Origin: Variovorax ginsengisoli
GTDB lineage: Bacteria; Pseudomonadota; Gammaproteobacteria; Burkholderiales; Burkholderiaceae_C
Reading direction: 5' to 3'
Assembly: GCF_030486595.1 (NCBI RefSeq)
Contig: NZ_JAUJZH010000050.1
Coordinates: forward strand, 1 to 32,000
DNA length: 32,000 bases
Made by a program: the position numbers and the translations under genes. Every line of letters begins with the position of its first letter. Positions within the stretch are counted from its first letter, which is position 1. Below, in pieces: positions 1 to 9,189 of the stretch. Below the pieces are notes generated by a model. It worked only from the letters and a program-made list of their open reading frames with translations, had not been told where the DNA came from and made no database searches.

Positions 1-150
1 GAGAGCGCCGTGATAAGCGGACTCGTCGCCCTCGAATCCAATACAACGCGAACCCGTTCAATGACTGGGTTCAAATGGATAACTTCTATATCTTTGAACG
101 CAAGTTAGTATGATACGGTCTTCACACGTTGTCGTCTGATCTGTGCGGCT

Positions 151-1158
151 TTACCAACACGACAGCGCCTGCGTCAGCCTTGCCTTGACGTCGGCGTTGG
201 CGAAGCTCGCATCGATCGAATTGCGTGCCAGCGATCGAAGATCGTCATCCGACCAGTCGAACGCCTTGCTGCACAACGCGTACTCCCCTACCAGGCTGGC
301 CCCCAGCAGGACCGGGTCATCGGTGTTGATCGAAACGGCCACGCCGGATCGGCGCAGGCGATCGATCGGGTGATCCTCTATGCTGCGGTAGACCCCCAAG
401 GTCAGATTGGAGGTCGGACAAATGCCAAGGGGAATCTGCCGATCGACCAGCAGTCCAACCAATTCGGGATCCTCGATCGCTCGTACACCGTGATCGATGC
501 GATCGGCGCCGAGCAGTTCGATGGCATCCCACACACCCTCGGGGCCACTTGACTCGCCGGCATGTACGGTGCGGCGCAGGCCCGCCGCGCCCGCGCGTCG
601 GAACGCCTCTGTGAAGCGTGGGCCGGTGCGACCGGAGGCCGCTTCGTTGCCATCGATCGAGAGCGCCGCTACGCGTGGATGTCGCAGCGCCACCAGCGTG
701 TCGACCAGTTCGGCCGCCGCGTCTGACGATTGCGTTCGCAGCAGGCTGACACAAAGGCTCACGGGAGGAAGCCCGTCTTGTTCTGCCGCGGTCAGGCCGG
801 CATCGATCGCGTCGATCATGTCGGGCAGACGCCCATGCCACGCCGGCCAGTGGGCCGGATTGACGATCACATCAGCATAGCCTGCACCCCCGTCGGCCAG
901 ACGCTTGCTGTAGCCATAGCTCAGTTCGGCCAGGCGTTCACGGGTCGACGCCAGGCCACAAGCCCAGTCGAGGAAACGCAGAAAGTCCGCCAGGCCTTCA
1001 AATTCGAACAAGCATTCGCGGGGCCTGGGCATGAGCACGCGCGCCTGCGTTGCCCATTGCTCGAGAACGCTCGATTCAAAGCAGCCTTCGAGATGGGCAT
1101 GGACCTCTGCCTTTGGCAAGGCGCGCAGTCGGTCGACGTGAGGGGGAGCGTTGGACAT
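151..1158 (-). CDS. adenosine/adenine deaminase family metallohydrolase
   Basis: 335-aa ORF with ATG at 1158 and TAA at 151-153. It has an N-terminal EVHAHLEG metal-binding motif and a C-terminal SINTDDP motif, both typical of the adenosine deaminase (amidohydrolase) family. Third codon positions are GC-rich. Confidence 0.85.
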   Translation of the reverse strand: MSNAPPHVDRLRALPKAEVHAHLEGCFESSVLEQWATQARVLMPRPRECLFEFEGLADFLRFLDWACGLASTRERLAELSYGYSKRLADGGAGYADVIVNPAHWPAWHGRLPDMIDAIDAGLTAAEQDGLPPVSLCVSLLRTQSSDAAAELVDTLVALRHPRVAALSIDGNEAASGRTGPRFTEAFRRAGAAGLRRTVHAGESSGPEGVWDAIELLGADRIDHGVRAIEDPELVGLLVDRQIPLGICPTSNLTLGVYRSIEDHPIDRLRRSGVAVSINTDDPVLLGASLVGEYALCSKAFDWSDDDLRSLARNSIDASFANADVKARLTQALSCW

Positions 1159-1402
1159 GGTACGACTCGATTGTGAGTGCGTCGTGAGACGTCAACCGCA
1201 AGTCTCGTGCAATGACATCCCAACGTCATATGCCAGCGCACATATCCAGTATCTGCTTTCAGGGCGGCCGCCCGCAGACTTCCCGACCCACCTCGATGCG
1301 CACACCCTGCACAGCGGCATGCAGTTTCTCGTCGATTGTCGTTGCCCTCTGCCCGTTCAAGATCGCACAATGCCCTGTCGAAGCGTTTTCGATTGGGTTG
1401 AA

Positions 1403-2587
1403 ATGGCATCTCGACCAAGCGTCCTGGTCATCGGAGGCGGCATTGGCGGCCTGTTCGCCGCCAATGCGTTGATCGGAAAGGGGCTGCGCGTTTCTGTCTA
1501 TGAACAGGCGTCCGCCCTGGGTGAGATCGGCGCTGGCGTGTTCGTGACGCCGAATGCGGTGCGCCACCTCGAGCGAGTGGGTCTGGGGCCCGCCGTCGAA
1601 AGATGGGGCGCGCGAGTCGGACCCAACTCCTGCTACCTTCGCCACGACGGCACGCCGATTGCCGCGGTGCAGGTGTCGGATGCGTCCGGGTGGCATGCGG
1701 CCTTCGGCATGCATCGCGCCGATTTTGTAGATTTCCTTGCTGCCAACCTGCCTGTCGGGATCGTCCATACCAGCCACCGTGCCATCCGCTTCGAGCAGAC
1801 CGACGACGTAGCCCGCGTCGAATTTTCCAACGGCGCCACCGCCGAGGCCGACGTGGTGATTGCCGCGGACGGAATACATTCCGAACTGCGTCCCTACGTC
1901 TTTCCGCCCTCGAAGCCCGTATTTCACGGCACCATTTCCTATCGGGGCCTGATCTTGCGCGAGCGGCTGCCGAACTGGCCGATGGACCGCTGGCAAATGT
2001 GGGCTGGTCCGTCCAGGCATTTCCTGGTCTTTCCTGTTCGCCACGGATCAATGGTCAACTACGTTGGGTTCGTCCCGACCGATGAAGAAATGAAGGAATC
2101 ATGGTCCGCGCCCGGCGATCCGGCGGTGTTGCGCCGCGAGTTCGCAGGGTGGGACCCGCGCATTTCCGATGTCCTGCAGCAAGTCGACAAGACATTTCGC
2201 TGGGCACTCTACGACCGCGAGCCGCTACCGACCTGGACCAAGGGCCGATTGACACTGCTTGGCGACGCGGCGCATCCGATGCTGCCGCACCTGGGCCAGG
2301 GGGCCAACCAGGCGATCGAGGACGGCATGGCACTCGCCACGATCCTGGCCCAGGTGGACAGATCGCAGGTGGCGTCGTCGCTGCTTGCCTACGACCGATT
2401 GCGTCGCGAGCGTGTGGCGGAAATTCAGTTGGGTGCCCGGCAAAACGGACTGCGTCTGGACTCGACCGCTGCGGACCTCAGTACCCGCGACGCAGAACTC
2501 GCCGCGCATGCCGAATTCCGCAAGCGTCTCTATGCCTACGACGTGCTTCCAGATGCGACCGCCGCCGTGGCAGCAGTGCTGCGGTGA
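1403..2587 (+). CDS. FAD-dependent monooxygenase (salicylate/3-hydroxybenzoate hydroxylase-like)
   Basis: ATG at 1403 is followed directly by the Rossmann motif VLVIGGGIGGL. The ORF-track start at 1151 is an 84-codon upstream extension with no homology-like sequence. Also has ADGIHS and the GDAAHPMLPHLGQGANQAIEDG flavin-binding motif. Confidence 0.85.
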   Translation: MASRPSVLVIGGGIGGLFAANALIGKGLRVSVYEQASALGEIGAGVFVTPNAVRHLERVGLGPAVERWGARVGPNSCYLRHDGTPIAAVQVSDASGWHAAFGMHRADFVDFLAANLPVGIVHTSHRAIRFEQTDDVARVEFSNGATAEADVVIAADGIHSELRPYVFPPSKPVFHGTISYRGLILRERLPNWPMDRWQMWAGPSRHFLVFPVRHGSMVNYVGFVPTDEEMKESWSAPGDPAVLRREFAGWDPRISDVLQQVDKTFRWALYDREPLPTWTKGRLTLLGDAAHPMLPHLGQGANQAIEDGMALATILAQVDRSQVASSLLAYDRLRRERVAEIQLGARQNGLRLDSTAADLSTRDAELAAHAEFRKRLYAYDVLPDATAAVAAVLR

Positions 2588-2634
2588 TGAATCTGGACGC
2601 GCGCATCATCGGCCTCATTTGATCAAACGGGACC

Positions 2635-3192
2635 ATGGGACTCTTGACCTTCGGTATCAACGTCACCCTGGACGGCTGCGTCGACCACCAGGAAGGAATC
2701 GCCGACGACGAGACTCACGCCTTCTTCAACCGCCTCATGGACGAGTGCGGGGCGATGCTGTGGGGCCGCGTGACCTACGAAATGATGGAGAGCTACTGGC
2801 CAGCGGTCGCCCGTGGCGATGCGAAGGCACCGCCGGCGATGCGCGAGTGGGCGGTCAAGCTGGAGGCCAAGCCGAAGTACGTGGTGTCCTCGATGCGAAG
2901 GGACTTCCCGTGGACCAACAGCCACCACATCGCCGGCGACCTGCGCACGGGCGTGCAGGCGCTCAAGGACACGACCCCGGACGGCGTGCTCCTCGGTAGT
3001 AGCAAGCTCGCGACCGAGCTGGACCGGCTGGATCTGATCGACGAATACAAGTTGCTCGTTCACCCCAGGATTGCCGGCCACGGCCCGACCCTGTACGAGA
3101 GCGGGCTGCCCAGCGCTCGACGGCTCGAGTTGATCTCGGCGTCCGCGCTCCGCAGCGGCGCCGTCGCCATGCACTACCGGCGCGCGCGCTGA
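2635..3192 (+). CDS. dihydrofolate reductase family protein (RibD C-terminal domain-like)
   Basis: 185-aa ORF. The N-terminus MGLLTFGINVTLDGC..., the WGRVTYE motif and a C-terminal half with KLLVHPRIAGHG are typical of the RibD_C/YwjB-type family. Its last 19 nt overlap the convergent pgaD 3' end. Confidence 0.7.
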   Translation: MGLLTFGINVTLDGCVDHQEGIADDETHAFFNRLMDECGAMLWGRVTYEMMESYWPAVARGDAKAPPAMREWAVKLEAKPKYVVSSMRRDFPWTNSHHIAGDLRTGVQALKDTTPDGVLLGSSKLATELDRLDLIDEYKLLVHPRIAGHGPTLYESGLPSARRLELISASALRSGAVAMHYRRAR

Positions 3193-3713
3193 CCAGGAGG
3201 CGGGTCTTCCGACTTCCGCGCCGCGCCAACCACTCGCCCTTGATTGTCATGTTGCACGCGAAGGCAGCGCGCTTCGCGCCACAGGGGCTGGTCCGGGAGT
3301 GCCACCCCGGCCGCCGCGAACTGCTCGTCGGGAAGCAACGGCGGAACTTCCCGATCGCGACTGGGCTGCTGGCGCAGGCGGCGCCACCGGCTGAGGCCTG
3401 CCAGGCCCAACCAGACCATGAGGCCCGCCGCCATCCACAGATAGGGACGCAGGTCGACGGCGAGCGGGTGGTCGATCAGGTTCCCGAGATAGGTCCCCGC
3501 CGACGGGCTCAGCCATGCAACGCCGGCGATGACGGGCTCTCTCAGAAACCACAGATAGGCCATCCAGGCAAGCAAGGTGATGACCAGGTCGCGCACGCGC
3601 ATCCACCACTGCGCGCGCACCCGCTGAATTCGTGGCGGCCAATCGGGCGGCGGGGCCAGTTCCGGCGGCGAAGCGGGGTCGTCCCCCGGCGTAGCAAGCG
3701 TCTTCTGCATCAT
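3174..3713 (-). CDS. pgaD: PNAG synthase accessory subunit PgaD-like (small 2-TM protein)
   Basis: 179 codons from ATGATG at 3713/3710, 15 nt downstream of the pgaC stop. Two hydrophobic helices (LVITLLAWMAYLWFL and LWMAAGLMVWLGLAGL) and the position after pgaC fit PgaD. The rest of ORF 3174..4316 overlaps pgaC out of frame and is not coding. Confidence 0.6.
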   Translation of the reverse strand: MMQKTLATPGDDPASPPELAPPPDWPPRIQRVRAQWWMRVRDLVITLLAWMAYLWFLREPVIAGVAWLSPSAGTYLGNLIDHPLAVDLRPYLWMAAGLMVWLGLAGLSRWRRLRQQPSRDREVPPLLPDEQFAAAGVALPDQPLWREARCLRVQHDNQGRVVGAARKSEDPPPGQRARR

Positions 3714-3727
3714 CGAATGCTCCCGCG

Positions 3728-4981
3728 TCAACGCAGGCCGCGGTCGGGGCTCACCCAGGTTCCGCGCATGCTGCCGATATGAAGGATGGCACGCGGCAAG
3801 CCGACGACCGAAGTCGCGACCTGGGCGGCCCAGAACACCAGCGGATACCAGACGACCCAGAACAGCGATCGGAACATGCCGCGCTCGAAGCGCTCGTCGA
3901 TCCAGGCGCTCGTCACAGCCTGCGCGAGGTAGGTCAGCGCCAGGACCTGGCCCCAGCCGCGCGGCAATGGTCCGAAGACTGGCCAGAATTCCGGCAGGGC
4001 GAAGCCCCAGAAGCGCAGCAACGGACCCACGACCCATGCCAGGAAGCCCCCTGCGATCGCATAGGCCCAGGCGACCGCGACGACATAGTTGATCCATACC
4101 GGAAGCATGCGCGGCTGCGCCAGCAGCTTGGGAATAACCTTGAGCATGACGGTCACGCCGCCTTCGGCCCAGCGCAGGCGCTGGCGCCACAGTCCGCGGA
4201 GGGTCTCCGGCATCAGGATCCAGCACAGTGCCTTGGGCTCGAAGGCCAGCCGCCAGCCGGCGAGCTGGAGGCGCCAACTGACGTCGACATCGTCGGTGAT
4301 GGCCTCGCGAGACCACCAGCCGGCGTCCTGCAGTGCGCGCTTTCGGAAGGCGCAGATCACGCCGGAGACGGTGAACAGCGATCCATACACGGTCTGGGCC
4401 CGCTTGATCAGCCCCACGATGGACGAAAACTCGCCGACCTGCAGGCGTCCGAGGAGCGTGGCGTGGTTGCGCACCCGCGGATTTCCGGTCAGCCCGCCGA
4501 TGCCTTCATCGGTCTGGAACCGGCGCACCAGCCATGTCAGCGCATGCCGTTCGAGCAGCGCATCGGCGTCGATGCACACCAGCAACTCATGCCGGGCGGC
4601 CAGCGCGCCGGCGTTCAGCGCGGTGGACTTGCCCTGGTTGCTTTCCAGGTGCACGACGCGCAGCATCGGCAGCTGCGGAATCAAGGCCTCCAGCCATGCC
4701 CCGGTCCGGTCGGTGGAGCCGTCGTTGATCGCGATGATCTCGAAGTCCGGGTAGTCGATGCATGACAGGGCCCCGAAGGTCTCGGCCAGTTGCCGCTCCT
4801 CGTTGTGGCAAGGCACCAGCACCGACACGCCCGGGTACGACGGTAGCTTCGGAGGATGCTCCGGCCGCGGCTCATGGCGGCCGCGCAACCCGACGTAGAG
4901 CAAGCCGCCGGTCATCCAGAACAGGGCCATCACGAAGGGATAGCCGAAGCAGAAGGCGGCGATGAGTTCGTTGAAGTGCAT
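3728..4981 (-). CDS. pgaC: poly-beta-1,6-N-acetyl-D-glucosamine synthase (GT2 glycosyltransferase)
   Basis: 417 aa with ATG at 4981. It has an N-terminal TM helix, GT2 motifs (VSVLVPCHNEE, INDGSTD, DADA, the QRLRWAEG QxxRW motif) and C-terminal TM helices. It lies between pgaB and pgaD. Confidence 0.9.
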   Translation of the reverse strand: MHFNELIAAFCFGYPFVMALFWMTGGLLYVGLRGRHEPRPEHPPKLPSYPGVSVLVPCHNEERQLAETFGALSCIDYPDFEIIAINDGSTDRTGAWLEALIPQLPMLRVVHLESNQGKSTALNAGALAARHELLVCIDADALLERHALTWLVRRFQTDEGIGGLTGNPRVRNHATLLGRLQVGEFSSIVGLIKRAQTVYGSLFTVSGVICAFRKRALQDAGWWSREAITDDVDVSWRLQLAGWRLAFEPKALCWILMPETLRGLWRQRLRWAEGGVTVMLKVIPKLLAQPRMLPVWINYVVAVAWAYAIAGGFLAWVVGPLLRFWGFALPEFWPVFGPLPRGWGQVLALTYLAQAVTSAWIDERFERGMFRSLFWVVWYPLVFWAAQVATSVVGLPRAILHIGSMRGTWVSPDRGLR

Positions 4982-5000
4982 GGATGTTCGGCTCCGCCTT

Positions 5001-6794
5001 TCAACGTCGCACCGGAAAGATCGACCCCGACACCGCGGGTGCCGCGATGGCCGCTTCGGGCCGATCCGCGACGGGATCGTCCGGACACCAGCCCAGCGAA
5101 ACGCCGCCGCGGCGCTGGAAGTCGAGGGCCTGGCGGGCCAGTACCCGGGCGTCGGGCGGCGCCACGCCGGTGAACCATCTCAGGAGCATTGGATCGACAG
5201 GCGAGAGGCGGTCTTCGGCGACCGGGTCGTGGACGCCTCGGGGCACGAGGGTGATGTCCGCCAGCGGGTGCGGCGCTGCGACGGGATGCCGTGGCGCGAC
5301 CCACAGCAATTCCAGACCGGGTCGCGCGGCGTCCAGGGCCGCGAAGGCCCGCCATCCCGGCGCGTCGATGCCGTCCGCGCGACCCAGGTCGGCGAGCACC
5401 GACTGTCGCCGCTCGCGTATCACCCAGGATGACCAGGCCAGCGGAATGCCCGGGCGGTGCGCGAAGAGCGGCGGCGGACCGTCGAAGCGCATCGCCAGCG
5501 CCTGCGTGTCCTCGAGCAGCCAGCCGTCCAGCGGCACCTTGGCACCCAGGTCCTCATAGAGGCGCTGCACGCGCGCGTCGTCGCCCAACGCCGCGAGTGC
5601 CTCGCGATGCGGCAGGCGGGCATAGACCTTCACGCCGGCGCGCGTGGCCATCTGCCAGGCGATGCGCGACAGCCAGTCGCCCGCCAAGGGCAGCTCCCGG
5701 GCAGGAAACCAGGCGGCGGAGATCTGCCCCTGTGGATCGCGGCGAACCGCGTCGACCACCAGGCCAGTCACGCCCAGCGCCCGCACGCGCTCGATCGCCA
5801 GGCCCAGGCGTTCGTTGCTGGCCTCCGCGTTGTCGGTCCACAGGGCCGCCGGGTCGAGGCAGACCAGGCGATCCAGGCGCCGCTCGTTCGGATCGGGACG
5901 CAGGCTCTGCACCAGGTCCGGCAGCGGCGGGTTGTGCCTGTGCAGCAACCGGGCCAGCCTGAAGGGCTGGTCCAGGCGAGAGGGTCCCTGGTCGAGCACG
6001 AGCGCGAACGCGAAGCCCAGGTCGCGGGCGGCCTGCATGCCGATGCCGTCGTAGCGGCCGTAAGGCCACACCAGCGCACGCGGCGCGCGGCCCAGTTCGC
6101 GCTGCAGGCTGGCCCGCCCGGCCGCCAGGTCGGCGCGGACGCCCGCCGCAAAGTCGGCTTCGCTCTGGTAGCCCATGCCGGGGGTGTAGCGGCGCGTCAC
6201 CGCCGCCGGCATGGTGTTGCCCTGCGGGTTGCCGACGACTTCGGCGTGAAGCGACTGGCTGTGCAGCGCGAACTCGACCAGGCCCGAACGCTGCATCTCG
6301 CGCGCCTGATCCCAGGTGATGAAGCGTTCGCGCGGCACCGCGCGATCGCCATAGCGAACCATCGAGCCCGCGGGTGGTGCCATCCATTCGCCCACCAGGG
6401 CCGCGACGATCGGGAAGCCGTAGGCGAGCGCCAGCGGGTAGACGCGGGTGTACAGGCTGCGGTAGCCGTCGTCGAAGGTGATCAGCACGGCCTTGGCGGG
6501 CAGCGCCTTCTCGCCGCGGCCCGCGCGTGCGATGTCGTCGAGCGAGATCGCCGTCCAGTCGTTGCCGCGCAGCCAGTCGAAAAAGCTCACCAGGCGATCC
6601 GCGGTGACCGCGTCGTCGTCCAGGTCGCCCGCAGCGTCCACCACGTCATGGAGGCCCACGGTCGCGAAGGTCGCGGCCGATCCGGATGCGGGCGACGGCT
6701 GCTGCGCGAGCGCGGGCCGGGCGGCCAGGCACAGGAGCAGCAGCGAGATCGCCAGCGTGCGAATCGCCTTGTTGGCGGGCGGGCTCGTGTTCAT
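5001..6794 (-). CDS. pgaB: PNAG N-deacetylase / export lipoprotein-like PgaB
   Basis: ATG at 6794 gives a signal peptide (MNTSPPANKAIRTLAISLLLLCLAARPALA). A polysaccharide deacetylase domain (ITFDDGY, HSQSLH) is followed by a C-terminal GH-like domain. ATGA overlap with the pgaA stop at 6791-6794. The ORF-track start at 6872 is an extension. Confidence 0.85.
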   Translation of the reverse strand: MNTSPPANKAIRTLAISLLLLCLAARPALAQQPSPASGSAATFATVGLHDVVDAAGDLDDDAVTADRLVSFFDWLRGNDWTAISLDDIARAGRGEKALPAKAVLITFDDGYRSLYTRVYPLALAYGFPIVAALVGEWMAPPAGSMVRYGDRAVPRERFITWDQAREMQRSGLVEFALHSQSLHAEVVGNPQGNTMPAAVTRRYTPGMGYQSEADFAAGVRADLAAGRASLQRELGRAPRALVWPYGRYDGIGMQAARDLGFAFALVLDQGPSRLDQPFRLARLLHRHNPPLPDLVQSLRPDPNERRLDRLVCLDPAALWTDNAEASNERLGLAIERVRALGVTGLVVDAVRRDPQGQISAAWFPARELPLAGDWLSRIAWQMATRAGVKVYARLPHREALAALGDDARVQRLYEDLGAKVPLDGWLLEDTQALAMRFDGPPPLFAHRPGIPLAWSSWVIRERRQSVLADLGRADGIDAPGWRAFAALDAARPGLELLWVAPRHPVAAPHPLADITLVPRGVHDPVAEDRLSPVDPMLLRWFTGVAPPDARVLARQALDFQRRGGVSLGWCPDDPVADRPEAAIAAPAVSGSIFPVRR

Positions 6795-8923
6795 CTTCCG
6801 AACCTGTGCTCGAGCTTGAGGTAGCCGTTCAGCGTGCGCTCGCGCTGGCCGTTGTAGACGTTGCTCGCCCATTCGATGCCCCAGGTCAGTTCGGTCCAGG
6901 GATCATGGCGCCAGGTCTGCTCGTAGGCGGCGCCGCCCACCGCATAGCCGCCGAAGTCGCGCTGGTCGAACATGCCGATCGTCAGTCGCAGCCGCTGCAG
7001 CAGCACGCGCTCGTAGACACGCCCCAGAACATGCTGCACCTGCGCCTCGAGCGAAGGCAGCCATGACTCCCTGGGGTTGAAATAGGGCGTGACGGCCAGG
7101 CTGTTGCGCTGCCATTCGACGCGCGGCCTGACCATGATGTCGAGGTGCGGCCGATCGAGCAAGGTGAGGGCGCCGTCGATCGTCACCTGCTCCCGCCTGT
7201 TGCCGTCGCTGAAGTCCATGTACTGCGCTTTCAAGCCCGCCTCAGTCGATTCGGTCCAGGCATAGCGCAGGCCGCCTCTTGCCGCATCGGCCGTGATGCC
7301 ATGGAAATCCGCCCGCAGCGGGGTGTCCGGCGAATGCTTCGCGGCATCCGCCAGGAACGTCCAGTGATCGGTGGGCTGCCACTGGGTGGCGAGCGAGCCG
7401 CCCGAGGTGTTCAGGGAGCCTGTCTGGGACCATGCCAGCGCGTTGACCTTCCAGTCGGGCCAGAGGGCCTGCACACCGCCGCCGAAACGATGGCGTTCGG
7501 CGCGGCCTTCCTCGATGGAGTCGCTGCTGCTGTCGGCCAGTCCGATGAGCCGCCAAGTGCCAGCGAAGGTCGAGGACTCGACCTGGAGGCTGGCTTCGCC
7601 GCCATTGCCGGGCCCTTGCAGCGCCTGGTTGTCGGTATGCCTGCCACCCAGCGCGAAGCGCACGCTGGGGCCCATGGCGGCGTCGAGTTCCCGCCGCGCC
7701 TGCTGCACCCGTGGAATGTCCGCGCCTTCTTCCAGCAGCGGCGCCAGGCGCGCGTCGGCGCGCAGCAAGCGATGGCGTCGCGTGTCCGAGTCCACCTGCT
7801 GCACGCGAATGCCGAAGTCCTCCGGCGCCAGCGCGGCGGCGGCATCGACGCCGTCTTCGGCCCGGCGCGGCCAGCCCTGCTGCGCAGCGATATCGGCCGC
7901 CTGCGCGCGCAGCCACGGGAGAGCCGGGGCGCCTCGCTCCAGCGGCGCGATGCGCTGCCACGCGGCGGCCGGCATGTCGGCATAGCTGTGCACCGCAGCG
8001 TCGAAGGCCTGCGCTTCGAGCCAGGCTTCGTTTTCGCGCGGCGTCTGATGTTCGCCGGCACGGCGCCAGGGCGGTCCCGCAGCGGCCACCAGGGCGTCGA
8101 CCGTGGCGAAGGCCGCGTCGAATTCCTCGGATTCCGTCTCTGCATAGGCACGGCCCATCATGATCGAGCGCCATGGACCCTCGTCGTCGGCGCGCTCCGA
8201 AGGCGTCAGGCGCTGCAGGGCTTCGTCGTAGACGCGGCGCGCATCCGCGGGGCGGCGCAGAGCGAGCAGCGCGTCCGCCTCGGCGACGAGGACATAGGCC
8301 GGAAGGGCATCTTGCGCCGCACGCAGCGCCTCCACCTGGTCCACGGCGTCCTGCCAGCGCTCGCGCTGGCGCAGGGCCACCGCACGGTCGCGCTGCAGAC
8401 GCGTGACCAGACCCGGGTCCGGCGGCGTGGCGGCACGTGCCTCGACCAACAACGCGTCGAGACGGGCCAGCGCCGGGTCCACGGCGTCGAAACGCCGTCG
8501 GGGATCGGGCCCCCGCGGAGGGATGTCGATCGCCCAGCGCAGGCGCTGGCCGGCGACGCGGCTGCGCACACCCGGGTCGGCGCGGGCGCCCAGCGCGTGG
8601 GCGGCGGCGCTCGGGGCGCCCAGCTCCATCAGCACATCGGCCAGGGCCTGGGTGACTTCGGCGTTGTCTGGCTGCAGGCGCCGGGCCTGCGCGATCGCGC
8701 CAAGGGCGGCATAGCGATCGCCTGTGCGCAGCAAAGCGCGACCACGCTCGAGCAGCGCCTGCGCCGCCACCGCTGCGTCGGCCTGCGCGCCGGGCCTGGA
8801 CGGTGACCGAGGGGCCTGAGTTGCACCGGGCGCAGACACGCCCTGTCCCGCCGCGATGCCGCATGCCACCACCCCGGCCAGGGCGGTGGAGCGAAGACCC
8901 AAGGTGGAAGAATGTCGGAGAAT
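6791..8923 (-). CDS. pgaA: PNAG export outer-membrane porin PgaA (TPR domain plus beta-barrel)
   Basis: The ORF is open from 8992 to the TGA at 6791. The N-terminal half is rich in TPR-like Ala/Leu/Arg repeats. The C-terminal half has alternating beta-strand character and ends LKLEHRFGR. The start is uncertain; see the pgaA start finding. I list 8923 (ATT, 6 nt after an AGGAG). Alternatives are TTG at 8902 and TTG at 8992. Confidence 0.8.
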   Translation of the reverse strand: MLRHSSTLGLRSTALAGVVACGIAAGQGVSAPGATQAPRSPSRPGAQADAAVAAQALLERGRALLRTGDRYAALGAIAQARRLQPDNAEVTQALADVLMELGAPSAAAHALGARADPGVRSRVAGQRLRWAIDIPPRGPDPRRRFDAVDPALARLDALLVEARAATPPDPGLVTRLQRDRAVALRQRERWQDAVDQVEALRAAQDALPAYVLVAEADALLALRRPADARRVYDEALQRLTPSERADDEGPWRSIMMGRAYAETESEEFDAAFATVDALVAAAGPPWRRAGEHQTPRENEAWLEAQAFDAAVHSYADMPAAAWQRIAPLERGAPALPWLRAQAADIAAQQGWPRRAEDGVDAAAALAPEDFGIRVQQVDSDTRRHRLLRADARLAPLLEEGADIPRVQQARRELDAAMGPSVRFALGGRHTDNQALQGPGNGGEASLQVESSTFAGTWRLIGLADSSSDSIEEGRAERHRFGGGVQALWPDWKVNALAWSQTGSLNTSGGSLATQWQPTDHWTFLADAAKHSPDTPLRADFHGITADAARGGLRYAWTESTEAGLKAQYMDFSDGNRREQVTIDGALTLLDRPHLDIMVRPRVEWQRNSLAVTPYFNPRESWLPSLEAQVQHVLGRVYERVLLQRLRLTIGMFDQRDFGGYAVGGAAYEQTWRHDPWTELTWGIEWASNVYNGQRERTLNGYLKLEHRFGR

Positions 8924-8963
8924 TCGGCACTCCTGAATGCGGCCGGTGACTGCTCTTTTTTTC

Positions 8964-8992
8964 AGCCTAAACGTGGCAATCAAATCCGTCAA
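8964..8992 (-). promoter_or_regulatory. candidate sigma70 promoter of the pga operon (TTGACG-17 nt-TAGGCT)
   Basis: On the minus strand, TTGACG lies at 8992-8987, followed by a 17-nt spacer and TAGGCT at 8969-8964. An A7 tract follows immediately, then AGGAG at 8934-8930. Pattern match only. Confidence 0.3.
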
Positions 8993-9189
8993 ACACGAGG
9001 CATGCCATATCCTGGGGGACCTTCATGCGCGGCGCCGAGCGGCAGAGAACCCGAGGAATCGACGGGATGGTTGTAACGGAGATACGCGAATTGCCCCGCC
9101 GCCCAAGTGACGGCCGGTAGGCGACTCCCAAGATTCGTTGCGCCATTCGCGTCAAACGCGACCTGTCAAGTCCACCACAGGGGGGTGTC

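Noticed and set aside
1151-1402. N-terminal extensions offered by the ORF track for the monooxygenase, and likewise for 17825-17899, 23140-23190, 26819-26887, 6795-6872, 17286-17492 and 29163-29312
   Set aside because: In each case an internal ATG coincides with the start of family homology (a Rossmann motif, signal peptide or HTH), usually with an SD or ATGA coupling. The upstream part crosses intergenic or neighbouring-gene sequence.
3714-4316. Upstream 200 codons of ORF 3174..4316(-) as part of a 380-aa protein
   Set aside because: This part overlaps pgaC out of frame and is Arg/Gly-rich nonsense. Only the 3' 540 nt, starting at ATGATG 3713 just after the pgaC stop, has PgaD-like features.
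8900-9140. GGA motifs in the pga leader as CsrA sites, by analogy with E. coli pgaA
   Set aside because: There are only a few isolated GGA triplets, one of which is simply the SD. I cannot establish that this organism encodes CsrA, and there is no convincing hairpin-presented GGA pair.
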